Part shown: positions 20,018 through 29,906 of the stretch, piece by piece | Numbering within the stretch: position 1 is the first letter of the stretch | How the letters are laid out: each line of letters begins with the position of its first letter | Source of the DNA: Nitratidesulfovibrio vulgaris str. Hildenborough | GTDB lineage: Bacteria; Desulfobacterota; Desulfovibrionia; Desulfovibrionales; Desulfovibrionaceae | Reading direction: 5' to 3' | Length of the DNA stretch: 32,000 nt | Assembly (NCBI RefSeq): GCF_000195755.1 | Contig: NC_002937.3 | Coordinates: 1,110,001 to 1,142,000 of the forward strand | Notes under the pieces: model-generated | The model's database searches: none | What the model was told of the DNA's origin: nothing | The model's input: only the letters and a program-made list of their open reading frames with translations | Position numbers and translations under genes: made by a program

Positions 20018-21277
20018 GTGACGACAGACCCGCGTTTCATACCGGAGTACAATTTCAGGTTTCGTGACGGGCTGATAGGGGCCCAGATGCTCTTCGTGGC
20101 CTTCGGCGCACTGGTTCTCGTGCCGCTGCTTACAGGCCTCGACCCCAACGTGGCCCTGTTCGCGGCAGGGTGCGCCACGCTCATCTTCCAGGCCATCACG
20201 CGGGGCAAGGTGCCCATCTTCCTTGCGTCGTCGTTCGCCTTCATCGCGCCCATCATCTACGGCGTGCAGACCTGGGGCATCCCGGGCACCCTCTGCGGTC
20301 TCACCGCCGCGGGTCTGGTGTACATGGCGCTCAGCGCCCTCATCCGCGTGCAGGGGCCCGGCGTGGTCGAGCGTGTGCTGCCCCCCATCGTCACGGGGCC
20401 CGTCATCATGGTCATCGGCCTCATCCTGTCTCCCGTGGCCGTCTTCATGGCCATCGGCAAGACGGGTGACGGCGCGGTGCAACTCATCCCCAAGGACAAG
20501 GCCATGATCGTGGCCATGGTGTCGCTGGCATCCACGGTCATCGCATCCCTGCTTGGGCGTGGTTTCGTCAAGCTCATTCCCATCTTCTGCGGCATCGTGG
20601 CCGGTTACGCCACGTCGCTCTTCTTCGGCATCGTCGACTTCACCCCGGTGCTCAAGGCCCCGTGGTTCGCCGTGCCCAATTTCGTCACGCCCGAATGGAA
20701 CCTCGACGCCATCCTGTTCATCGTGCCCGTGGCCATCGCCCCGGCCATCGAACATGTGGGCGGCATCCTTGCCATCGGGTCCGTCACCGGCAAGAACTAC
20801 CTCGAAGACCCGGGTATCGACCGTACCCTTTTCGCCGACTCCATCGCCACCATGGTGGCTACATCCGTGGGCGGGCCGCCCTGTACCACCTACGCCGAGG
20901 TCACCGGGGCCATTGCGCTCACCCGTGCCTTCAACCCCGCCATCCTCACATGGGCAGCCATCACCGCCGTCTGCCTCGCCTTCGTGGGCAAGCTTGGCGC
21001 ATTGCTGACCACCATCCCCTCGCCTGTCATGGGCGGCATCATGGTGTTGCTCTTCGGTGCCATCACCGTTGTGGGCATGAACAGCCTCGTGCGCGCAGGG
21101 CAGGACCTCATGGTGCCCCGCAACATGGCTGTCGTCGCCATCATCCTCGTGTTCGGTCTCGGTGGCATGGCCTTCAACGTGGGCGAATTCTCGCTTCAGG
21201 GCATCGGCCTCGCCGGTATCACCGGAGTGCTTCTCAACCTCGTGCTTCCGGGCAGACGCGCCGCTTCCGGCAGGTAG
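20018..21277 (+). CDS. uraA: Uracil/xanthine permease (NCS2/NAT family)
   Basis: 419 aa, ~12-14 TM, with an NCS2-like N-terminus ([20 protein letters not shown]) and [18 protein letters not shown] motifs. GTG start after GGAGGAGG. Confidence 0.9.
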   Translation: MTTDPRFIPEYNFRFRDGLIGAQMLFVAFGALVLVPLLTGLDPNVALFAAGCATLIFQAITRGKVPIFLASSFAFIAPIIYGVQTWGIPGTLCGLTAAGLVYMALSALIRVQGPGVVERVLPPIVTGPVIMVIGLILSPVAVFMAIGKTGDGAVQLIPKDKAMIVAMVSLASTVIASLLGRGFVKLIPIFCGIVAGYATSLFFGIVDFTPVLKAPWFAVPNFVTPEWNLDAILFIVPVAIAPAIEHVGGILAIGSVTGKNYLEDPGIDRTLFADSIATMVATSVGGPPCTTYAEVTGAIALTRAFNPAILTWAAITAVCLAFVGKLGALLTTIPSPVMGGIMVLLFGAITVVGMNSLVRAGQDLMVPRNMAVVAIILVFGLGGMAFNVGEFSLQGIGLAGITGVLLNLVLPGRRAASGR

Positions 21278-21311
21278 TACGCCGTTTGTCCGACGGAGTA
21301 CCCGTCTTTTC

Positions 21312-21344
21312 GAAAGCCGCCTTCGGGCGGCTTTCCTGCTTTTG
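21312..21344 (+). terminator. Rho-independent terminator after the permease gene
   Basis: gaaagccgcc-ttcg-ggcggctttc followed by ctgctttt. Confidence 0.75.
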
Positions 21345-21510
21345 CGCGGGCCGTCAGGTCAAGAAACACGGCGTCGAGTATGTTCGTGGTGGGGCCTTTT
21401 GCGGCGTATGGGTGTCAGCGGGATTGCACTATGGCGAACACACAGGTATGATAGCCAATTCTGTTAACAATAGCACACATATGTGACGTCATACAGCTTT
21501 CGGTGGGGCC

Positions 21511-22482
21511 ATGCAGGAAGAAAACGCCAACGATTCCGCAGAAAAGAAGAGCCGCTCCTTTTTCAGGCTGGGCAGCCTCGGTTCCATGCTCAACGAAAAG
21601 GAACAGAAGAACCTTCTTTTCTATCTTTCCATCGGGATCATCATCGTCGAGTTCGCCGTCACAGTGGGGGCGCTCATCTACGGTATCGCCAACGCGCACC
21701 AGCAGCCCAACGGCATGATGCGCTTCAGCTTCCCGTGGGCGGGGTATCTCGTCTCCGTGGTGGTGGCACCCGTGGTGGTGATGCTGCTGGTGAACCTCAT
21801 CGGCATGGGGTTCTATCGTGCGGTGCACGGTGAACCTGTCCTCGACGAGGAACAGATGAAGGAGATGCCGCAGCGTATGCGGTCGTTCTTCTCCCTCGTG
21901 CGCGGCGCACCTACCATCGTCCTGTTGGGCGGCGTGCTCGTGCTGGGTGCCGTGCTGTACTACCTTGACGGTGTGATGACCTTCCTGCTCAAACTGGGCG
22001 ACTCTGTGGAGACCATCGCCATATGGGGAACGGTGGGCCTCGTCGTCGCCTGGTGTGTGAGCTATCTTGCCCGCGCGTGGTTCATGTACAAGACGCGCCA
22101 CCTTGAAGAGGAGTTCGCGTTCCGCCGCGAAGTGTTCGAGAAGACGGGCATGGTCATCCTCGACCAGAAGGCCATGCTCAGCAGTGAAGTGCCCGGCAGA
22201 CAGGGGATGCGAGAACTCCCTGCCGGTACTGTCGAGGTATTGCCCGCCGGAGGCGGCGCACCCTCGGCCCCTTCAGGCGGGGGGGCTGACACCGGTCTTT
22301 CCGGCGCAGATTCGGCGCAGGATGGCGCCACGGTGACCATCGTCGCCTCCGATGCCCCTGCGGAACAGGGTCCTGCCCCCACGACCGCTGGTGCTTCCGC
22401 CGATGCGGAGGATGGCGACGTGGTCGATGCCTGCATCGTGGAACCCGCGTCGAAGAAGGCCGATGAAGGCACGAAAGGCTAG
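21511..22482 (+). CDS. Hypothetical membrane protein (~4 TM) with an Ala/Gly/Pro/Asp-rich C-terminal tail
   Basis: 323-aa ORF with clear hydrophobic helices (LLFYLSIGIIIVEFAVTVGALIYGI, AGYLVSVVVAPVVVMLLVNLIGMGF and others) and GC-rich third positions. I recognise no family. Confidence 0.65.
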   Translation: MQEENANDSAEKKSRSFFRLGSLGSMLNEKEQKNLLFYLSIGIIIVEFAVTVGALIYGIANAHQQPNGMMRFSFPWAGYLVSVVVAPVVVMLLVNLIGMGFYRAVHGEPVLDEEQMKEMPQRMRSFFSLVRGAPTIVLLGGVLVLGAVLYYLDGVMTFLLKLGDSVETIAIWGTVGLVVAWCVSYLARAWFMYKTRHLEEEFAFRREVFEKTGMVILDQKAMLSSEVPGRQGMRELPAGTVEVLPAGGGAPSAPSGGGADTGLSGADSAQDGATVTIVASDAPAEQGPAPTTAGASADAEDGDVVDACIVEPASKKADEGTKG

Positions 22483-22590
22483 TCGGAACGTTCATCGGGC
22501 GTGGGTGCAGAGTCCATCGCCCCGACGGCTGTTTGCATGAGGGACCATGGGCGGGCCGGGGCTGCCTCGCCGAAGAGGATAGATAAGAAG

Positions 22591-22612
22591 GGGGGAACCG
22601 TCAGGTTCCCCC
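22591..22612. terminator. Bidirectional hairpin between convergent genes (membrane protein gene and cmk)
   Basis: gggggaacc-gtca-ggttccccc, with T-rich tails on both strands (ctttctattct on plus, cttcttatcta on minus). Confidence 0.7.
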
Positions 22613-22718
22613 CTTTCTATTCTGGGGACTTTATCTTTGCCGCCATCGGGGAGTGTGAGCCCTGTATACACTGTGGGACACTCCTGCCACGAGATGCCCC
22701 TCTGGCAAAGGTGCGAGG

Positions 22719-23417
22719 CTAGAGTCCGTCGCGCGACCTGATGTGCTGCATGATGACACCGAAAACACCGTCGATGTCGAGGTCCCCCGTGTCCACGATG
22801 ATGGCGTCGGCGGCGGGGCGGAGTGGGGCGACGGCCCTGTTGCGGTCTTGCTCGTCCCTGCTGCGAATCTGTTCGGTGAGGAGTGCAAGGTCGTGGGCCT
22901 CGCCCATGGTCTGTAACTGTGTGTACCGGCGCATGGCCCGTATTTCGGGGGCGGCATCAAGGAAGAACTTGTGCCGTGCACCCGGGAAGACCACAGTGCC
23001 CATGTCGCGCCCTTCCACGACCAGGGGCTGCGCTGCGCCCATGCGCTGCTGCGCTGCCTTGAGGCATTCGCGCACCACGGGCAGTGCGGCGATGCGCGAG
23101 GCCATGGCCCCCACTTCTTCAGTGCGAATCTCGTTGCCGATGTCCTCACCGTTGCACGAGAGTACCGATGCCCCGCCACGACCCCGTAGCGTGAAGACGA
23201 ACCCGGCAAGGCGGTCGCGCAGGAGTGCCTCATCCAGATCGGGGCCGTCGGGGCCGAGTCTCCACGCCATGGTGCGGAACATGGCCCCCGTGTCGAGATA
23301 CGGGATGCCGAGGGCATCCGCCACGCGGCGTGCCAGCGTCGTCTTGCCCACACCGGCGGGGCCGTCGAGGGTCACCACCTTGAGTGCGGCCGGGTGGCCC
23401 CCAGTGGTATCAGGCAT
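22719..23417 (-). CDS. cmk: Cytidylate kinase
   Basis: P-loop LDGPAGVGKTT, then IPYLDTGAMFR and VVEGRDMGTVVFP. The start overlaps the hisC stop by 8 nt. Confidence 0.93.
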   Translation of the reverse strand: MPDTTGGHPAALKVVTLDGPAGVGKTTLARRVADALGIPYLDTGAMFRTMAWRLGPDGPDLDEALLRDRLAGFVFTLRGRGGASVLSCNGEDIGNEIRTEEVGAMASRIAALPVVRECLKAAQQRMGAAQPLVVEGRDMGTVVFPGARHKFFLDAAPEIRAMRRYTQLQTMGEAHDLALLTEQIRSRDEQDRNRAVAPLRPAADAIIVDTGDLDIDGVFGVIMQHIRSRDGL

Positions 23418-24531
23418 GAGGCAGAATCTCCTTGCAGGCTTCTATGAAACGTCTGTTCTCGTCGGCGTTGCCCACGCTCACCCGCAGGTGTTGGGGCAGG
23501 CCATAGCTTTTGAGAGGTCTGATGATGATGCCGCGCCGCAGAAGCGCCTCGAAGAGGTCGGTGGCATCCGTGGGCGGTCGGAACATGATGAAGTTGGCCC
23601 ACGAGGGCATGACCTCGCACCCCAGTGCCGTCAGTCCTTCGGCGATGTACGCACGGCCTTCGGCGGTGACGCGAAGGGTCTCGCTTCTGAACACAGTATC
23701 CTCAAGGGCGGCAAGTCCCGCTTCTTCGGCGAGGATGTTCACGCTGAACGGCAGCCGTACCCGGTGCAGGTAGTCGGCCAGACGTTCCGGGAGGATGCCG
23801 TAGCCGAGGCGAAGTCCCGCAAGCCCGAAGCTCTTGGAGAAGGTGCGTAGCACCGCGATGTTGGGGAAGGCGTCAAGCCGAGAAAGCAGCGAATGCGCGG
23901 CTTCGTCGCCGCAGAAATCCATGTACGCCTCATCGATGACGAAGAGGCACGACGGGGGCAGTGTGCGGGCGACGTGTTCAAGTTCAGACACCGGCGGACA
24001 CCAGCCGGAGGGGTTGTCGGGGGTGGTCACGAAGGCGATGGCGGTGTTCTCATCCGTGGCGGCGAGGAAGGCGTCCCAGTCGAAGGTGAAATCGGGTCGC
24101 AGGTCGGCCTGCCGGAATTCCAGACCGCAGAACTTCGCCTGAAGCTCGTAGATGCTGAAGCACGGGCGAAAGGCCACGATGTTGTGCTTGCCGGGGGTGG
24201 CGCGCACGCGGATGAGCAGGTCGATGATCTCGTCTGAACCGTTGCCCGCCACGACACGTTCCGGCGCGACACCATGATGGGCGGCAATGGCACGCGTGAG
24301 GCGGGGGTTGCCCGACTGCGCGTAGCGGAAGGCGAGGTCGGCCTTGGTCTTGAGGGTACGCTGCACGACGGGCGAAGTGCCGAGGGGGTTTTCGTTGCTT
24401 GCCAGCTTCACCACGTCGGCGAGTCCGAAGCGGTCGCGTATCTCGTCGATGGACAAGCCCGGAACGTAGGGCTTGAAGTCGAGCACTTCTGGCCGCACAT
24501 CGTCCGGCCTGCTCATGCTTGGTGCGGTCAT
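23410..24531 (-). CDS. hisC: Histidinol-phosphate aminotransferase
   Basis: Class II aminotransferase features (YVPG, LASNENPLG, TFSKSFGLAGLRLGY with the PLP lysine). AAGGAG lies 6 nt before ATG 24531. The track's 24588 start is an upstream extension. Confidence 0.92.
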   Translation of the reverse strand: MTAPSMSRPDDVRPEVLDFKPYVPGLSIDEIRDRFGLADVVKLASNENPLGTSPVVQRTLKTKADLAFRYAQSGNPRLTRAIAAHHGVAPERVVAGNGSDEIIDLLIRVRATPGKHNIVAFRPCFSIYELQAKFCGLEFRQADLRPDFTFDWDAFLAATDENTAIAFVTTPDNPSGWCPPVSELEHVARTLPPSCLFVIDEAYMDFCGDEAAHSLLSRLDAFPNIAVLRTFSKSFGLAGLRLGYGILPERLADYLHRVRLPFSVNILAEEAGLAALEDTVFRSETLRVTAEGRAYIAEGLTALGCEVMPSWANFIMFRPPTDATDLFEALLRRGIIIRPLKSYGLPQHLRVSVGNADENRRFIEACKEILPHA

Positions 24532-24743
24532 GATCTGCTCCTTCTGCGGGGTGGCGCGGAATACGTGCGACCTCGTGAAATAGTCCACGGCCGCGGGTTT
24601 CGCAAGCCGACAGTTTGTGGCGGGCAGGGAGCGGCCATGGGCGGGATGAAGTCCCTAACGGCCGGGGAGGTGTCTAGTCGTGCTGCCGGAGACTGTCCGG
24701 GACTTGCCGGTTCAGAACCCTTGTACCGCCCGACAACGAACGT

Positions 24744-24773
24744 AAAAGGGCCGCCGCCAGATGGCGACGGCCC
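24744..24773 (-). terminator. Rho-independent terminator of the usp gene
   Basis: On the minus strand: gggccgtcgcc-atct-ggcggcggccc followed by TTTTACG. The stem has one mismatch. Confidence 0.65.
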
Positions 24774-24797
24774 GAAGTGGACGATGCGATGATGCCA

Positions 24798-25241
24798 TCA
24801 GGCAACAGGGCGGATGGTCAGCACGGGCTGTTCCGCGCTCTTGACCACCTTCTCGGCCACGGACCCGAAAAGGATGCGGTCGATGCCACGTCTGCCATGG
24901 GTACCCATGATGATGAGGTCGACCTTCTCCTTCTCTGCAAGGGCGAGGATTTCTTCAGCCGCATAGCCGATGACGATCTTGCCCTTGGCGGGGACGTTGC
25001 CGAAGTTCTCGGCCACGAAGTTCTCCATGGCCTTCTCGGCACCGCTGACGATTTCACCCACGAAGTTCTCGATGGAGTTGGGCGGCACATGGAACCCTAC
25101 GTACTGGCTCAGAGAAGGGGCCGCGTAGACGACGAGAACCGAGGCCCCCATGCTGGCGGCCAGCATGGATGCATGTTCGGCGACGGTCTTGCTGTGGTCG
25201 GAAAAGTCTATGGCGCACAGGATAGTCTTGTAACCAGTCAT
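24798..25241 (-). CDS. Universal stress protein (UspA family)
   Basis: MTGYKTILCAIDFSDHS... then DLIIMGTHGRRGIDRILFGSVAEKVVKSAEQPVLTIR. GGAGGGA lies before ATG 25241. The track's 25370 start is an extension into AT-rich DNA. Confidence 0.9.
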   Translation of the reverse strand: MTGYKTILCAIDFSDHSKTVAEHASMLAASMGASVLVVYAAPSLSQYVGFHVPPNSIENFVGEIVSGAEKAMENFVAENFGNVPAKGKIVIGYAAEEILALAEKEKVDLIIMGTHGRRGIDRILFGSVAEKVVKSAEQPVLTIRPVA

Positions 25242-25501
25242 GGTTTCCCTCCATGTGGGGGTTGCCGGCGCATCATGCCGGGATGAGCTTGTGAGCAAAA
25301 GCTCTATCAACATATATAGGCCCTTCCGGGCAAATAGACAAGCCGTCCCATGTGTCGTACATGGTGCCATGGCATGGTCGGGCGGCAGTTTTTTCCTGTA
25401 TCCTGATTGTGTATAGCTGTTGTTTCAGTGTGTTATGGCTGTTTGTCTGGGTGGCGTGCTTCTTGCTCCGCCACAGGCAAACCCTAACCTATGGGGGTGC
25501 C

Positions 25502-26011
25502 ATGAAGATTCGTAGCGAGCATCTGGATGCCCTGTTGCAACAGGAGCAGACACGGCGCAAGCAGCCCGCTGACGCGGGGGGCTTCGACGAACTGCTCTCG
25601 CAGCAACTGGGTGAGGCCGGAGAGGCACAAGAGGTGCTGCCAGCCGTTCCGCCGCCGGGTGCACGGGCCGGAGGCGTCTCTCCCCTGCTGTTGCAGGGGG
25701 TGGAGGCGACAGCGGCCACTTCTGCTGTGGAGGAGGCGGACGCCTCGTCCGTTGCCGCAGCGGCAGACAGCATCGGCGGGCTTCTCGACGGATGGGGTGC
25801 CTACGCCGAGGAACTGGGCAAGTCCGGTTCCGGCGGGTTGCGCAACGCCTATGCCATGCTGGAAGGGCTCGACGGGCAGTTGCGTTCCCTGCGCGAACAG
25901 TCGCCCGACCTCGCCAGTCGTCACCCCGGTCTGGCCTCTCTGGTCAATGACCTGGAGGTGATGACCACGACCGAGAAGTTCAAGTTCAACAGGGGCGACT
26001 ACGTGGCATAG
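25502..26011 (+). CDS. Hypothetical protein (169 aa, acidic, Ala/Gly/Leu-rich)
   Basis: ATG 25502 follows GGGGG. The upstream 50 codons of the track ORF lie in AT-rich, Cys/Phe-rich sequence that looks non-coding. No family recognised. Confidence 0.55.
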   Translation: MKIRSEHLDALLQQEQTRRKQPADAGGFDELLSQQLGEAGEAQEVLPAVPPPGARAGGVSPLLLQGVEATAATSAVEEADASSVAAAADSIGGLLDGWGAYAEELGKSGSGGLRNAYAMLEGLDGQLRSLREQSPDLASRHPGLASLVNDLEVMTTTEKFKFNRGDYVA

Positions 26012-26443
26012 CCGACGTCAGCCCGGACAGGCCCTGCTTTTGCGGCGTGTCCGGTGCTGGTGTCGTTGCGATGAGACGGCAGGGTATTCCTGACGTGACT
26101 GTCGTATGCTGTGTCCTTCTGTACGGTGCGGCGGCGGTGCTGCCGGTACCTGTCCCCGTTCGCAGGGAAATCAGAGACCGTCCCGACACCTGAAGGTGAA
26201 CGGACGGTCTCTTGGCGATGACCACCCCTGCACTGGAAGCCTGAATCGGCTACGGCGCTGTTTCCCTTGCGCATCGGCCTGACGAGAACGGTGCGGTGTG
26301 GAAGGGGCGTGAAACCGCCTGTCCGCCTCTTCGCAGGTTATCGCCCGTCGCCAGCAACGTCAGACCGCCCGCTACCATGAAGGTGAACGAGTGGCCTGTT
26401 GTCATCTTGCGGAGGCGTGGCTTCGCTGGCGGGGCGCGGTTCG

Positions 26444-26938
26444 CTAGCCCCCGTCCTCCATGCGTTCCATCGTCCAGCGCAGGGCAGCCTCAGCCGTGTC
26501 TTCACGGATGGTTCGCCTGTCGCCCGCGAAGTGGAACCTGTGTGCCTCGATGACGCCATCCAGTGACGAAGCTATCCATACCGTTCCCACGGGTTTGTCG
26601 GCGGTGCCGCCATCGGGGCCGGCGATGCCCGACACTGCCACGGCTGCCTGTACCCCCGCGATGCGGCATATGCCTGCGACCATCTCTCGGACGACCTCCT
26701 CGCTGACGGCACCGTGGGCCGCCAGAGTGCCTTCGCGCACTCCAAGCAGGTCACGCTTCACGTCATTGGCGTAGGCGACGACACCGCCTTCGAACCATAC
26801 GGAACTACCGGGGATGTCGGTGCACCATGCAGCGATGAGGCCGCCCGTACACGATTCCGCGGTGGCAAAACGGCGCCCGGTGGCAGTGAGGCGTGCACCC
26901 AGCAGGGCGATGAGGTCTATGACGGCTTCTTCTTTCAT
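26444..26938 (-). CDS. pncC: CinA C-terminal-domain / nicotinamide-nucleotide amidohydrolase (PncC-type)
   Basis: TAESCTGGLIAAWCTDIPGSS, GGVVAYANDVK and VSGIAGPDGGTADKPVGTVWIA are hallmark CinA_C motifs. Confidence 0.88.
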   Translation of the reverse strand: MKEEAVIDLIALLGARLTATGRRFATAESCTGGLIAAWCTDIPGSSVWFEGGVVAYANDVKRDLLGVREGTLAAHGAVSEEVVREMVAGICRIAGVQAAVAVSGIAGPDGGTADKPVGTVWIASSLDGVIEAHRFHFAGDRRTIREDTAEAALRWTMERMEDGG

Positions 26939-27145
26939 CAGGGCTCCGTTCGTCTCGTCCTTGCCGTGTCGCGTCCGGGATGAGGCTGTGGCAGGTTTAC
27001 AGTTGATTATGGCAGGTGGGAGTTACCATCGCAAGCGGCTTCGGACAAGTCGCGCCTTGCGTTGGCGCTGTGCTGCGGCTAGTCTTGGCGGCATACCCGC
27101 AAGCCGTCCACATGTCGGTCAGATGCGGGCTTCAGGAGGTGGGCG

Positions 27146-27931
27146 TTGGTACACACACGGGACGAGATGGTCGATGCCCTTGATGAAGAAGTGCTCAGCG
27201 AGATGGCATGCAGTTTCTTCGGTGCGCGCTGTTCCATAGATGACGAGGTTGAACTCTTCGAGGCCCGTGCCGCCGACCTCGAACTCGCGGGACAGCGGGT
27301 GACGAGCCTGTTGGCCTTGCTGAACGAGGCCTTCATCGAGCCGCATCATGCACAACGGTTCTGGGCTGCCATCAACGTGCCTGAATCGTTCGTCGCATTG
27401 GCGTCGGGGCAGAGGGTCTCGCATTACCATGCCGTACCATGGGCTCTGACCTTGTGCCGCAGGTACGTGAAATTCCTCGAACGGTTGTACGCATCGCTGG
27501 TGCTCGCGGTGGAACGTTACCGCAGTGGTACGGACTATCAGCGCACTGACGGGATGGGCCGGAGTCGGCTTGTGGGGTGGGATGGCTACCAGAAATGGGC
27601 TGAAGAACTCAACGCCCGCATCGATGCCGTCAACGCCAACCAGTCGCCTTCTGCGGTGCTTGGCTTTGCCCGTGGCCTTGATATGAGCGGGGCCGAAAAG
27701 GCACGGGTGGTGGGGGCGGCCATCAACGGATACAGTGACGCCATTGATGACAATCTGAACCTCCACCATGTGGACGGCAGTGCGGCTGGCCTCGGCCCGG
27801 TGCAACCCCTGCCGTCTCCCGATGCCGTGAGAAGTGTCATCCGTAGCGAGGGCCGTGCCATCTGCGCCGCCGAAAGGCGCCGTGTCATGGCGTTGCTGGA
27901 CAGGCTTTCACGACTTGCGGAGGTGTCATGA
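27146..27931 (+). CDS. Conserved-looking hypothetical protein, translationally coupled to glk
   Basis: The 261-aa frame has G/C-rich third positions. AGGAGG (27134-27139) lies 6 nt before TTG 27146, with an alternative ATG at 27167. The stop overlaps the glk ATG (ATGA). Confidence 0.6.
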   Translation: MVHTRDEMVDALDEEVLSEMACSFFGARCSIDDEVELFEARAADLELAGQRVTSLLALLNEAFIEPHHAQRFWAAINVPESFVALASGQRVSHYHAVPWALTLCRRYVKFLERLYASLVLAVERYRSGTDYQRTDGMGRSRLVGWDGYQKWAEELNARIDAVNANQSPSAVLGFARGLDMSGAEKARVVGAAINGYSDAIDDNLNLHHVDGSAAGLGPVQPLPSPDAVRSVIRSEGRAICAAERRRVMALLDRLSRLAEVS

Positions 27932-28995
27932 TGCATCGTGACACGGTGACAAGCTTTCCCTTTGTCGCGACCGGCATGGAGAAGGGCTGCCGTATCCTTG
28001 CCGCAGACATCGGCGGGACACGCAGCCGCTTTGCCTACTTCGACTATGCCGGAGGGGAGCTTGGCATGGGCGATGTCGTCCGCATCCCCACGGCGGAGGC
28101 TACCGGGTTCGACGACCTGCTTGGCAGGGTGCGCGCAGCCGCGCCCGGTGCATGGGCGCGACTGACGCGACAGACTGACACCGGGAATGATGCTCCGGAT
28201 ACGCCCGATGCAAGCGTCACCGCCTTCGCCGCCTTTGCCGTGGCAGGGCCTGTCGAGGAGGGGGCGCGTTGTCTGCCTCCCAACATCGGTTGGCATATCG
28301 ACCTCGCCACCACGCGTGGTTTGCCGTGTGCAGCGTCGCTGCTCAACGATTTCGAGGCGCAGGGATGGGCCTGTCTGCTGCCCGGGGCGCAACAGTGCCT
28401 TCAGCTACTGCCCGGAAAGCCGGACGCGACGGCACCTGTGGCTGTCGTCGGGGCAGGCACGGGGCTTGGCAAATGCCTTCTGCTTCCGGGCACGCCGCAC
28501 AGGGTGCTGCCCTCGGAGGGAGGGCACGCCACGTTCGCCTTCGAGGGGCGTGCCGAGGCCGAATACGCCGCCTTTGCTGCCGACCGCCTTGGCGTGGGAC
28601 GACTGATTGGCGATGACGTGCTTTCCGGGCCCGGGCTGTCTCTGTTGTACGCCTATCATCACGGCGAGACGCTACCCCCGCACGAGGTGGCGGCACGTCT
28701 CACCGGAAGTGACGTCGTCGTCGAGTGGTTCGCGCGTTTCTACGGGCGCACCTGCCGTGACTGGGCGTTGCATACCCTTGCCAGAGGCGGTGTGCGCATC
28801 GCGGGGGGAGTGGCGGCTGCCAACCCCATGCTGGTGCAGCATGGGGCCTTCGCCGAGGCGTTCTTCGATTGCCCCACGCACACGCACCTCTTGCGCACCA
28901 TCCCCGTCTCACTGGTCACCAATGCCGACGCCGGCCTATGGGGGGCGGCCATCTTTGCCCTGCTTCATGCCGGGACAAGGAGAACGCCACGATGA
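27928..28995 (+). CDS. glk: Glucokinase
   Basis: The ATP-binding N-terminus is ILAADIGGTRSRFA, followed by LLNDFEAQGWA, VVGAGTGLGKCLLL and SEGGHATFAF, typical of the Glk family. Confidence 0.88.
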   Translation: MMHRDTVTSFPFVATGMEKGCRILAADIGGTRSRFAYFDYAGGELGMGDVVRIPTAEATGFDDLLGRVRAAAPGAWARLTRQTDTGNDAPDTPDASVTAFAAFAVAGPVEEGARCLPPNIGWHIDLATTRGLPCAASLLNDFEAQGWACLLPGAQQCLQLLPGKPDATAPVAVVGAGTGLGKCLLLPGTPHRVLPSEGGHATFAFEGRAEAEYAAFAADRLGVGRLIGDDVLSGPGLSLLYAYHHGETLPPHEVAARLTGSDVVVEWFARFYGRTCRDWALHTLARGGVRIAGGVAAANPMLVQHGAFAEAFFDCPTHTHLLRTIPVSLVTNADAGLWGAAIFALLHAGTRRTPR

Positions 28996-29876
28996 CATCA
29001 GGGGATTCTGGCGACATGAAGCATGGAGCACGCGAGGCGGTTACCGTCGGCCCCGGCGGCAGTGCGGGTGAAACGGATGTGGATACTCCCGTCCGGGGAC
29101 AGGCCACAGAGGAGCGTATCGTCTTGCCCTGGGGGACGGGACAGACCGGCGACGAGGCTGTGTCGCCTTCCGCAGCTTCAGGGGGGCGCGGCAGAACGTT
29201 CGTGCGTGTCGCCCTGTTGGGACTGGTCGGCGTGGCACTGGCGGGTTTCTGGTTCGCGGGGGGGAGTGACCTGTTGACTCTCGAACGCCTGCGGGCCTCA
29301 CACGACACGCTGGTCTCCATCTATAGGGAGTCTCCGGTTGCCAGCGTGCTTGTCTTCTCCCTCGTCTATGTGGCGGCTACGGCCTTGTCCTTTCCGGGGG
29401 CGGCGGTGCTCACGCTTGGCGGGGCCTCGGTCTTCGGCTTCTGGGTGTCGCTGGTCGCCGTCTCTTTCGCCAGCACCGTCGGGGCGACCCTCGCCTTCAT
29501 GGGGGCCCGCTACGTGTTCCGTGATTGGGTGGCCCGTCGTTTCATGGAACCCATGCGACGGGTCGACGAAGGTGTGCGCAAGGACGGGCTCTTCTATCTG
29601 TTCTCGTTGCGCCTCGTGCCTGTGGTGCCGTTCTTTCTGGTCAATCTGCTCATGGGGCTGACCCGCATGCCCACGCGCACCTACTACTGGGTGTCGCAGG
29701 TGGGCATGTTGCCCGGCACGGCCGTGTACGTCTACGCCGGGCAGGAGTTGGGGCGCATCAGGACGACGGCGGACATCTTCTCGCCCGGACTCGTCGCGGC
29801 CTTTGTGCTGCTTGCCGTCTTTCCGTGGATGACCCGCAGTGCACTCGCATGGTATCGTGCTCGACGGATGGACTGA
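28992..29876 (+). CDS. TVP38/TMEM64 (DedA/SNARE-associated) family membrane protein
   Basis: AAGGAGAA lies 7 nt before ATG 28992, which overlaps the glk stop (ATGA). The SNARE_assoc-like core is FPGAAVLTLGGASVFGFW...LRLVPVVPFFLVNLLMGLTRM. The track's 28869 start is an extension inside glk. Confidence 0.85.
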   Translation: MTSGDSGDMKHGAREAVTVGPGGSAGETDVDTPVRGQATEERIVLPWGTGQTGDEAVSPSAASGGRGRTFVRVALLGLVGVALAGFWFAGGSDLLTLERLRASHDTLVSIYRESPVASVLVFSLVYVAATALSFPGAAVLTLGGASVFGFWVSLVAVSFASTVGATLAFMGARYVFRDWVARRFMEPMRRVDEGVRKDGLFYLFSLRLVPVVPFFLVNLLMGLTRMPTRTYYWVSQVGMLPGTAVYVYAGQELGRIRTTADIFSPGLVAAFVLLAVFPWMTRSALAWYRARRMD

Positions 29877-29906
29877 CCCGTCAACCTCCAGCCTGCCGGA
29901 GATGCC

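Noticed and set aside
19784-20755. 323-aa minus-strand ORF
   Set aside because: It is antisense to the uracil permease gene. It is extremely His/Asp/Gly/Arg-rich with no family resemblance.
22741-23850. 369-aa plus-strand ORF
   Set aside because: It is antisense to cmk and hisC, both of which have unambiguous motifs.
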